From Eutreptiella sp. 'Long Island Sound 2002' (lineage: Eukaryota > Protista > Euglenida): a stretch of DNA of 64,000 nucleotides. The stretch is from assembly GCA_964036045.1 (NCBI GenBank), contig OZ038379.1, forward strand, positions 56,420,001 to 56,484,000, in the 5' to 3' direction. Both the position numbers and the translations under genes were made by a program. Numbering within the stretch: position 1 is the stretch's first letter; each line of letters begins with the position of its first letter. This document shows, piece after piece, positions 22,735 through 33,206 of the stretch. The notes under the pieces were generated by a model. It did not search any database, was not told the origin of the DNA, and saw only the letters and a program-made list of their open reading frames with translations.

Positions 22735-24645
22735 CATCCCCCCCCCCGGTCCTGCAACCTGGCCCAGCCCTTGCGCCGCGGGTCCATGCCCCCCGCACTC
22801 CTGCCCGCTTCCAACCTACCCAAACCCTCCAGCAACGAGAGGGCCAAATTGGGGTTCGTCCCCAACATCCGGCTCAACTTGGTGAGCCCCACGAGGCCCG
22901 TCTGCCCTCCACCATCGCGCCACTCCACGCGCACCCCGCGGCGGTCGCCTCCACACGTCTGCACGCTGACAACCTGAAGAGACAGACAAAATGCAGGAGC
23001 GTTCTAGCGGCGTTCTAGGCAACTCTTCTAGCGGCGTTCTAGCGACGTTCTAGCGGCGGCGGTACGGCGGTGGCTAGATCAGCGCTAGAACGGTTCGCTA
23101 GATCAACGCTAGAACGCAATCGACATACCGTGCCTTGGCGGTCCAGGGCGGGGGAGATGGCCCCCAGTGCCTTGGCGAAGGTGTCCGCGGGCTTGGGGGG
23201 GTGCGGCTGCGGCGGGCCGCCAGCACGGGCTGCGGCGGGTTTGGGCTTGGGATTGGGCCGGGTGGCGATGCCGTGCACCACCCCGGCATACACCCCCCGG
23301 ATCGCCGCCTCGGCGTTGAAACCCCCGAAGTCCAGCAGCGCCGACCGGGTCGGCGTCCAGACCCATGCCTTCCCACCCACTCAAACCTCCCCAAGCCCAG
23401 CCCCTGCCAGCAGTGGGCGACGAACTGCTAGTGGGTGGCCCCCCCCTTTCTCCGCTCGGGGGTGAAGATGTTCGTTTGCGCCAAATCAAACATCTTCACC
23501 CCCCTTTCGGGGGGGGGGGGGGGCACCTCCCCCCACCGCTTATTCCCCTGCCCCGGCAACTCTTGTTGCCACCCTCACGACCCCTCGACCACCCCCTGGC
23601 GCAGGGGCTTGTCCAGGTGGACAACCCCCCCCCCCCCGTCCACCCATACCCACCGCCCCGCCCCCAACAGCCGCTGGTGCACCCGCACCAACAAAAACCG
23701 GAGAGTCCATACCGGACTCTCCTGGGCGACGAGGCAGGGGGGTGTCCAGGTTTGGGGGTTGGGGGCCAGCCAGGACTGCCGGGTCCAATGGCAGGTCCTG
23801 GAGGGCCCCCGCAGCCCTCGACCCCATCAACCCTCTGAGCTAGTCGCTCGTCCCGCCCCCCGCCGGCGCCGCCTCCACCACCTTGGTCTCCTCCTCCTCA
23901 TCCTTCACGCTCGCCTCCTCCTCCATGTCGCCATGCTCGCCCACCTCCACCACCTCATCCAACTCCTACCCTTCATCCTCGCTACCACCGCCGCCAACTG
24001 CCTCTCGTACTGCCTCACAGCCCGATCCAACCCCTGGACCGCCGCCGCCTTCTCGGCCACCTTCGCCTTCGCTTTGGGAAGGTTGGCCTCCGCCCACTCC
24101 ACCCTTTCCTCCTCCGCTCCCTCCTCCACGGGGCTCCGCAATTTTACCTCCCAGGCCGAGACTTTCGTCTCAGCCCGAGTCTTGGCCGCCCTGGAGGCGG
24201 CGCGGGAATCCAAGAACCCTTTGAGCTCTCCCCGCGCCACCTCCACCTCTGCCGGTTCCTCCAACGCTGCCGCCCCCTTCCGGGCTACCAATGGGGGAGG
24301 GGGTGGCGACGGTGGACGTTTGGCTTGGGGTTGGGGCTTGGGCTTGGGCTCGGGCTTGGCGAGGGGGGCTTGGGGATGCGGGGCCTGCTCGGCCTTCGGC
24401 TCCTCCGCCGCACGCCTGTCAGCCTCCTGGATTTGCGCAATGAGCGCCTGGGTCGCTGCGTTCTGTAGCACAGGAGCGTTCTAACGGCGTTCTAGGCAAC
24501 CCTTCTAGCGGCGTTCTAGCGACAGTCTAGCGGCCGATTGTGCTGCCTAGATCAAGACTAGAACGATTCCCTAGATCACCGCTAGAACGCACAGCACGAT
24601 ACATACCTGCCTCACCAGCTCGTCCAACTGCTCCCGCGTAGCCAT
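21878..24645 (-). pseudogene. Spliced, low-complexity (Pro/Lys/acidic) accessory gene; exons 24645-24607, 24462-23129 (with frameshifts) and 22973 onward
   Basis: ATG GCT ACG...CAG|GTATGT...CTACAG|AAC gives MATREQLDELVRQ-NAATQALIAQ in frame. ACG|GTATGT...TCTTCAG|GTT gives DRQGT-VVSVQT in frame. Both introns are phase 0. Confidence 0.7.
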
Positions 24646-24899
24646 TTTGGATTGCAATATTCTGGTTACAGGATGCCTGCATGTGACCCTGGCCCCTCCT
24701 TACCTCCATGGCATCCTTGCCCGAGCATGGCACTTGCGACCGTGGCCCCCCATGCACAACCCACGACACGTCAAAGTACGCAAACAACCATGTCATGCAC
24801 TGCGCTTGCACATTGGCCTCCCTGTGGATGGCCGACAATTGATGACCGGACACCTCGTCCACCCCCTCCACCCGACAGCCCCCCCCCCCCCCGGTTGCC

Positions 24900-25270
24900 T
24901 CTGCTCGTTGTGACCATGTTTCAGAAAGCGGTTAATGCTTTCCGAAATGTCACCGGAGAACATAGCCAGGCCGAACCGCTTAATGATCTGCAACATGGTA
25001 TCTACATCCTGCTCAAGGCTTAGTAGATACCATGATGCTGTTACAGCAGTGCAGTGTCGCCGGGAATCGCGCGCAACCGCAGCACAATTCAAAGGGTTAG
25101 GGCCCTGATATGTACAATAGAGGGCCTGCAGCAGGTCCCACATGTTCGCGATGGCCTTCTACTTGGCCGTGCTTGGCCTAATGCCGAGGCAGTTAGCAAT
25201 ATCCGGCCATGCGTCAAAAAAATTGACTGCCAGAGACTGCAGAGATTCAACAGGTTGCATCTGAGAGCAT
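24900..25270 (-). pseudogene. RAG1/Transib-like transposase C-terminal fragment (copy c)
   Basis: FFDAWPDIANCL...MWDLLQALY...ASWYLLSLEQDVDTML...GLAMFSGDISESINRFLK, matching the RAG1 pattern IGAWASEGNESGNKLFR. Confidence 0.55.
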
Positions 25271-25304
25271 CACCTGCAGACACATTCCTTTTTCGGCACC
25301 GCAA

Positions 25305-28144
25305 TTGGTGCACATTCTTGTTGAGAGTAAACCACTGCTAGCGACCAAGACCTTTGATCGCCTGTATGCCCGGGTTGCCAAGTACTTGAGTGACAGTTGT
25401 AAACTTTGGCTGCCCAGACGGATTCCTTTCCAGGTACCAGGCTACAGCCCAGCCCTGATGACCCGGGTACGCGCAGCAGCACGGAAGCACGTGCACACGT
25501 TACCTTTCCCAACCCCCGTTTTGCGCTGGTTTTCCACGGCGCTGTCTATCTTGCGCAAAAAAACAGAGAGAGTTGCCTCAGTGATCAGGGGGGATCGAAA
25601 TACCGCCTTCAACTGCGAGGTGAAGGGTTTGGCGAAAAAACTGGTCCCTGCTCGGCTGGCGACTGTTCGTGACAGACTAGTGCTACACTTGTTTACCTGC
25701 GACTCACAAAGGTCTAGGGAGCTCTTACAGGGGGCCATTCGACGTGCTAAGTGCACATGCAACGCCCTAAAGAGACGTTTCCCTTCTGTGTTTGCAGCTG
25801 GACAGCACCACCTTGTGTGCGGAACCCCCGACCAATGGGAACATTGCTTCCGGAGTATATACAGCCGCTGGTCGTACAAAATGCCAGGAATGTTACGCTT
25901 CCTACACATGATGTTGTGGAGAAGTCGACAGAGAGGTTACATGAACAGTTTGAGAGATTTAGTGTGACCGACGATATTTTCCCCGTTTTTCCGAAGTCGA
26001 TAATTCAAGACACAATTTTACAAGATAATGCCAGGTATATTTCCAAATACCCTTGGGTAAATCCCAATGTGGTAAAGGAGTGTCAGGAGATCCTGCAGAG
26101 ATTACGTCTGTCTGCATCTGTCGGGGACAAACACGCAACAGATTTATTTGCCTTGTGTTCAGGCACCCATGCCGAGCACATTATATGTGCCACAGTTTTG
26201 AGTCCATCTTTTTCTTTGGTAGGAGTCCAGGCATCCAATGGTGGGGCAAACACGTTCATTCAGGCAGAACTGCACAGGTCAGCGCTAGAGCATGGTATCT
26301 TGGATCTGGCTCGTGATTACAAGTGTGTGGGGAAACATTTTCTTTCGACAGGGAAGTGGCATCAGCATTTGCTAACCTGCCCGGATGTAAAGTGCTTCCA
26401 AACTAAAGCACCGTCGGCGTTCCAGTTGCTGAAATGGAAGTCTCAGGAGAAAAACAATCAACTGCTATTCAGACTTGTGATTTCGAATTCCAAGCATTTT
26501 TTGAAGAAGTTCTCCCGACTCATTTGTCGTTCACTGTCTTTGCTATTCGGAGAGCTGCATATGGCCTACCCTGCCTGGGGCACACCCAGCCTCCCGGGTG
26601 TCAGGTATTTTGTAGGTTTAGAGGGCAAGTGGTTCCAGGGGAAAAGAGTGTTGGCTGAAAGGGACATTGACAACGCCTATTGGGAACTCCCAAAAGAAGG
26701 TGTGTATGATTCGCTAAAACAAGCTGCACAGCTAGTCTGTACTCAAAGGGGCATGAGAGGCCAATTCCTCTTTAGCATTGCCAGGGAATATTTAAGTCCC
26801 TGGGCCGCATTGGGAAGCTGCAGACAGGGGCTTCAGGGATGTGCCCCCAGAGGATGTCTTGAAGTTTGTCAGGTGGGACCTGGACCACAAAACGTTGTTC
26901 GAGATGGATGGTTGGGTATTGATACAGAATATCAAAGGAGTGCCGATTGGCGGCTTCTTGAGTGCACAAGTGATGTGTATTTGGGCCCTTGTGCAGGAAA
27001 TCAATTTCATGGAGAATCAGGTACCGATTTTCAGAGAAGTCCGAAAAAAATGGGACGACAAGGTATGGTGTGAGATGACCTCAGCGCCAGGCCAGCAAAT
27101 GGCCTTTCCCACAGCGGCCTGGGTACCTACTGATGTCAATTTTTTCAATTCGAATGGAATGGATGGTTGGTTGGAACAAACTTATAAGCTGGTGGGAACC
27201 CTGGCACTTGCTGGTCAGCCCATCGCTTTGCGCGCCATGATGCTGTGGGATTCCCACCCGGAGAGTCGCCTTGGCGATATCAGACAGCCAGCACCAAAAA
27301 CCTAGTATTATTTTCTACGGAACTATGTTTTGAATGTTGAGCCTTGGAGATGTATGATAGCGGAGACTGCCACTGCCACAAGCGTGGAAGATACCTCTGC
27401 AGCCGTGTTATTCACCAGGTATATGGGCAACACTTACCTGGGATTCTGCAATGTTCCGGGGGACCATCTTGCCGGCTGCGCGGCAATTTATTGAGATTTT
27501 TCAACACATACTTTACGACGTTTCCCTCAAATGGGAGCCTGAGAGCCAGCTCTTGAACTGGGGCAAATGTTCTGTGATGTGCAACGACACCCTGTCTCTA
27601 ACCATGAAGGGGGTACCACCAGTGCAGCCATTTTTCAACCCAGAATTGTGCGACAAGTGGCGTGACCGTTGGTCGCCAAACTGCCCCCTCGTTTTGCAGA
27701 TAATGATCCCAGCCCTTGTACATAAGGCCTTGCGGTTTTGCAACAGCACGAAGAGCCGCGACCACAATGTCAGAGGTCTGGTGCTAGGTTTCGGGTACAA
27801 ACACTACAAATGGGAGTGGTGGTATATGCCGCTAACGTGCCGGGTGCAAGCCCTAAATTTGAAGTCGCTGTGCGACTACCACATTTTGAAAGCCTGGGCC
27901 CTGGAGGGAGCTTCCATCGTTGTGAGTTTGGGCAGGGGAGGTGGGTGCACGCACACACAGGAGTCTTCACAATACTAGTGCCTTCTGTCTACTAAGATTT
28001 TGAGCGAAAATCTCTGGGTTTGGGTAAGAGAGCACTCTCTCGATTTGTCCGTTCCCGACTCGGATTATGTCTTTTTGACACTGTGGAGCTTTTGCTCGTG
28101 CCTTTGGCATTGCGTTTGCACATACATACATACATACATACATA
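25305..28144 (+). mobile_element. Penelope-like retroelement RT, 5'-truncated and frameshifted, with no C-terminal GIY-YIG; ends in (CATA)6
   Basis: GDK; KWK...FRLVIS...SRLI..SL; ERDIDNAYWELP; TLFEMDG...Q.IKGVPIGGFLS; RYMGN (RYxDD site, mutated). The ORF ends at 27978 with no nuclease motif. Confidence 0.75.
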
Positions 28145-28249
28145 TAGCCAGATGAAAGACATAGGTGTGACTACCCGAGTCGAACACGAGCACAAAGAAA
28201 ATGGATGGTACATACATACATATATGTGCATTATGCATATCACCTGCTG

Positions 28250-28500
28250 AATGCACTACATTAAATCTTACCCATAATACATAACGGAGAGCGTGAATTG
28301 TGTGTTCATAAGCATTGAAATGTCCGATCAACACTATTTCGTCTGTAGAGGATCCGGCTAAACATACCTATGCCTTCCTTTGACGGACAAAAATGCATGA
28401 CATGTATATGAATATCATACATACCATGGGATCAGATAGGACAAATATCAAACGTTATACTGTGGGGTTTGACCGTATCCGGTGAAACAAAAGAGTGGTT
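28250..28500 (-). pseudogene. Fragment of an APE (LINE) endonuclease
   Basis: RLIFVLSDPMVCMIFIYMS...EIVLIGHFNA resembles the ..IxVY.P...IL.GDFNA segment. Confidence 0.4.
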
Positions 28501-28821
28501 CAGATCATGGATTACCATACGAATGTGGCGACCACCTTCGAGGCATCCTGATGATTTTATGTCTCATCCGAAGTTTGACCGGGCCCGGCGAAACAATCGA
28601 TGTCAGTGGAATGTACAAAAAGATGGCCTCTCGGGTATACCATAGTGTCCAAAAAAGGAAAAATCATTTCAAATGTCGGTTTTCTTAAATATGGTTCTTT
28701 TGAGTTCAAAAAAACAAAGAAAATGATCCAACGAAATATCTGGTCAAACAAAAAATCAACTTCCTTGAGTGGGTTTTATCTGCTAAGGGAATGCCTGGAA
28801 CGCATTGACTACCCCCAGACA

Positions 28822-30230
28822 GGTAGGGGCCCCGGCGCGCCCGTGCGAGATCATGCTCACGCAGCGCCCGAGGGCAGTGGGTGTGGCCTAGCTGCGCAGG
28901 CCACAGTCGGCGGACGTCAAGGCGGGGCCATGCCGCCTGTGCCCCATGGCTGGGTCACGGGCTCCCCGAAGGCCCTACGGGTGCCAACACGGCGCCCGAG
29001 CCCTGTGAAGCCGCCTCCCCATTGTCGTCGTCGCCGCTCAAGAGGGGGGGGGGGGGGGCAAGGCGCGCACTGGCCCCCCAGCCCAAACATCGTGCGGGGG
29101 CGCGCCCTCCGCGCCGCTGGAACTAGTCGAGGGTGCCCCTCGTGGTCCCTAGAGCAGCAATGCCGCACCCCCCGGTGCCCCGTGTATGCCTTGCAGGCGG
29201 GGCCCCTATGCGCGTTGCACAGGGACTGTGTGGGGCGTCACTGGTCACTGCCCCCGGCTCCTCGCTTCGGCGCGCTGCGCCGGTGGCGGCATCTGCGACT
29301 GTGGGTCACCGCCGTCTAGCGCCCGTGGCGCTGCACCATTCGGCGTTTGTGCACCCACGCCAGCCTCTTGCGCTGGCTGCACCTCCGCGGCCTCCTCAAG
29401 GGGCAAAAGTGGGGAGGGTAATGAGGGGGTCTGAGGCTGGTGCCTCCCCCATCATGCTACCTACCCCTCCTCCCCGCCCCTCTCCCGTGCAGCACAGTGA
29501 GGGGGACGGAGGGGAGCCCGGCGGCGCCCGGGACGCCGTCATTGTACGCTATATCACGGAAAAAACGTCGCTCATGGGTCGCTCCTCCCCGGGCTATGCC
29601 GCCCAAGGCGGTGCTGGCAGCGAGGGCGCCAGCACGGGGGGAGGGGTGTGGGTCTGGTTGCCCTCCCACCCCCATGAGTCCCGAGCCACCGAGGATGCCA
29701 GCCCGTTCCAGTCGCCCCCCCCCCCCCCCCTGCAGGGGCGCCCACTCGATCCCGTTGGGGGGGAGGGGTAGTAATCCCCGCCCAAGGCAGAGTACTCTGC
29801 ACCCGGCCGCTCTGTCCCGGTGGGCTGGGCGGGCGGCCATCCAGCCTCTGGCGGCCCCCGCTATACCACCGGCACCGGCGCCAGGCAGGGGCGCTTTGGT
29901 GGCGGCTCCGGTGGTGGCTCCGGGGGCGCGAGCCACGGCTGCAAGACCCGCCAAGATACTGCTACCCTCGCCGCTGCCGCTAGGTGGCCCGCATGTCCCC
30001 GCTCGCAAGATTGCGCCCCTCCCAATCGCGCTAGCCTGCACTGCTCGCACTGCAGCTACAGGTGGACATGGAGGGCACAGGGGGCAGACACGTGAGCTTG
30101 GGCACCCAGTTCTTTCGTCGCCCCATCGCACCAGTGGTGGGTGTGGGGCGGTGTAGCCCGCCCCTAACCCAGAACCGTCTCGTCGAACCAGCTGCACAGC
30201 GTCTAGGACTGTAATCAGCCCTTGCCCTCG
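28822..30230. mobile_element. Rearranged LINE 3'-end segments in head-on orientation, homologous to 48560-50165
   Basis: 28822-29490 matches 48560-48690 and 49630-50165 directly. 29500-30230 matches 48690-49220 and 49455-49630 in reverse complement. Confidence 0.75.
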
Positions 30231-30249
30231 TTTCTTCGAAGGCACTTTT

Positions 30250-33200
30250 CTTGCTCCTTCACGTGTTTGTGGTGTTAACCACGGATTTCAAGCGTCGGTG
30301 GCCATTTTTGGGCGCTGGACTACGCACTGTCTTCCCCTGCCCGTGTTTGAGCAGCACACGCAGTGCCCGCGCTGACGCAAAGCGCTGCCTACCCAGGGTG
30401 TGCTCCCGCGCCGGCCATACCTGCCTGTCGCTGCTACCGTTGCCACTGCCAATCCCAAAGACGTGGTGACACCTCTACCTACAGCTCTGCAGCCCTCCAT
30501 GGTGGCCATGGCCGCCGCAATAGCCGGGGCCCTACGGCCCCGGCTTGATCCCGCGTCAAGGGGCCCGACCGACATGGATGCGGGCCCTCGAGTCTACAAC
30601 GGTGGAGCATGCGTCGCCGGCTGCGGCCGCCCCAGCCGCTGCCCTCAGCGGCAGCTGCGGCCGGTCGAGATCCCGGCCGAAACGCGACCAGCCATTGCTA
30701 GCGCCCACGGCGGAAGCGTAGGGCGTGGAGGCAGTCGCGCGGCAAGTGCAAGAGCTGCAGCGGCGGCTCGACCCAGCCTATGCCGAGCTCTCCGAGTACC
30801 GCAAGGGGGGCCATATTCAAGGCTGACCGGATCGCCCTACGAGGCGGCCCGGGGACGCGCCGTCAACGGAGCGAGGGGCGGCTTTGCGGGCAGCGGCCAC
30901 GCAGCATCGCGGGTGGCGCCGCTGGGTCAACAACCACAATGAGAATAATCCGTGGTACGGCTACGTGCCGCCATGCACGTGCCACGGCATTATTCCGATA
31001 GGCCTTGTGCGTGCATGGACGGGCCGCCCTGTCGAACCCAGCGTACAATTGGACAAAGACACAAGGGGCCAGCCCCCTGTGTGGACCATGGACAGCCATC
31101 GCACGGGTCGGCTTCACGCGGCCAACTGCCTCGGCCGCCTCATCTGCGAGGCCCAGCGTCCGCCGCCTTCACGCGATATGGCGCCGCCCACTTACACTTC
31201 AGAGGACTGGGCGGAGGTTACTCGCAACATCCGCGCCGCTGTGGCTACCGCAGCCAGCACATCTTGCGGCTTCAACGCCGACGCGCGAGACGAATACGCG
31301 CGCTCAGGTAGCGGTACCGCTTGCAGAGCACCGGCGCACGGGGCTAGCGACGGGGGCACCAGGGGGCACCAGCCGGGGGTACACGGGGGCCACAAGTGTC
31401 TAACGAGTGTTGGGAGAAGTGCCCGGAAGGGCCCATAGGGTGTTAGTGGCGGGGTACCAAACCCCCCCCCCTCGGCTCGCCCTCGGGTCCTGGTGCGATG
31501 TGCGCCACAGCGGGCGGAGGGCTGACCCCCCCCATCCCCGCTGCAGCCCACCCCGGACGTGCTCTTCAAGCTTTTGCAAGGGGGCGTGCAACCAACGGCC
31601 GTGATGTCGCTGGTGCGCCCTACAAGGAGCCTATGCGGTGTTGCCAACCAGCGGGGCCCGATCGCTTTGGCGCCGCCGGATGCCCGCAAATGGCCAGTCA
31701 CCAACGAAGACACCGACACCTTCAAGGAGATAGTACTCGTGGGCGCTCCCGCGCACGAGGCCCAGGGCATAGCCGCGCCTATCCTTGACAAATGGCAAGC
31801 AGTGGAGCGTGTCTCACATGTTTTCTTGGTGCGGGCTGCCCAGCTCCCATGACCCTAGGGCTGCAACCGCGAGGGCCTGGAACTGGAGGGCAGGGTCTTG
31901 CATTGCCAGCCCCTCCCGCTCAGCTGACCCTGGGAGTGCCGGAAGGGGGGGGGATTCACGGACCCCGCCCTGCCACGCCATGTGCTGTGGCTACTTTGGC
32001 GGCGGGAGGCGCAGGGTGGCGACGAGGACATGGACGGGGTCGACCAGGGGGGAGGGGAGTTGGATGCCCCCCCCCCCCCCCTACGGGGCGTTGCCCCGCA
32101 TGCGACGACAGCGAGGGTGGGGATCAACCTTGACCCCAGAGTCCTCGTCGGGGAGGAAGTGCAGAAGGGGGCACGGGGTTGGACCCGTGCCACGGTGCAC
32201 AAATTCCTTCGGGACGTCGTCGCCCCCGCAGACCCCTCCTCCTTCGCCAACCAAGAGGCGGGGGTGCTCGGGGGAGGATGTGCGAGGGGTCGGTGGTGCT
32301 ACTGTTGGAGGTGGCAAGGGCGGTGGTGAGGGCGAGCGGGCGGCAGCTGGGGATCACCTGCCGCCGATCAATGCAGGGGGAAACCTCCCACATCCCCGGG
32401 AGCATGGTGTGGGTTTGTCTCCTGGCGGAGGCGCAGGCCCCCCTGCGTGCTTTGTGGAGAAAGCCGGCGTCTGGCGTCCAACTGAACCCCTTTTTTGGGG
32501 GATCGCTTTGTGGGGACCAAGTGGGCCGAGTGCGGGTCCGCATACTTGGGAAGGGCCCCGTCTCAGGGGGGGTCCCGCGTGTGATAGGGGATGCCATGTG
32601 GGCCCCGGTGGCCCCCAAGCGCGTATTTGTGCGGGTTGAGGGATGCCCCATCGAGTGGGCATTGCCCAATTATGGGTGGAAGGGGGTACGGGCGGAACTG
32701 CCCGCCGTCTTTGGGGCGGAGCTGGCGGGGGTTGGGTTGGGTTGGGTGAAGGCCTCCCCCGGACGGCCAGACCCACCGCGCGCATCCTTGCCTGCGCCGC
32801 GTGATTGGGCCGGTCGACTCCCGGCTGTCCGGTCACAAGGCCTACCGGACTGCTGACGGCCCCCGTACCCCGCGGAGGCACACGCGGGAGGGAGATGCCG
32901 CCGTGCCTGTGTGTGTGTGGGCGCGCGCGTCAGTGTGTATGGTGGGCGCGCGGGTGGGGGCGGCGAGGCACGTCGGGTCACACGGCTGGGCCGCGCCTGG
33001 CCCTGACCTGACCCGCTGGTGGGTCCCGGGGGGGGGGGGGGGGGGTCGCTACCTGCTCGTAGGCCGCGCCTGTCTCCTGTACGTGGTCAATCATGGTTCC
33101 GGTGCTGGCACCGGCGCTGGGGGTACGGGGGCTGGACCTCGCCTTACCTCTGCCTCCTTGTCAACGCGCACAAGCCTGGGTCGCCGCGCGTCGTTTTCCT
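30250..33200 (+). mobile_element. Probable ORF1-region remnant of a LINE related to the 40950-49270 copy
   Basis: Fragmented plus-strand ORFs, e.g. 32179-32856 KRVFVRVEGCP (RRM-like). Local similarity of ~30590 to ~41000. Confidence 0.4.
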
Positions 33201-33206
33201 TCGGTT

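Larger units (their letters stand above)
21411..25270 (-). mobile_element. RAG1/Transib-like element c: CAC-starting terminus at 21411, fold-back subterminal arrays, spliced accessory gene, transposase C-terminus
   Basis: Terminus CACGCTAGAA interrupts the LINE thumb region. CGTTCTAG/CTAGAACG arrays at 21411-21466 and 21608-21700. Confidence 0.65.

Noticed and set aside
21750-23838. Numerous long plus-strand Pro/Gly-rich ORFs (also across 33-48 kb)
   Set aside because: They are antisense or alternate-frame shadows of GC-rich coding on the other strand.
28542-28604. Hammerhead ribozyme (CTGATGA...CGAAAC, stem I GGCATC/GATGTC)
   Set aside because: Stem II is interrupted, stem III is essentially missing, and the region reads as an APE fragment on the minus strand; needs an Infernal test.
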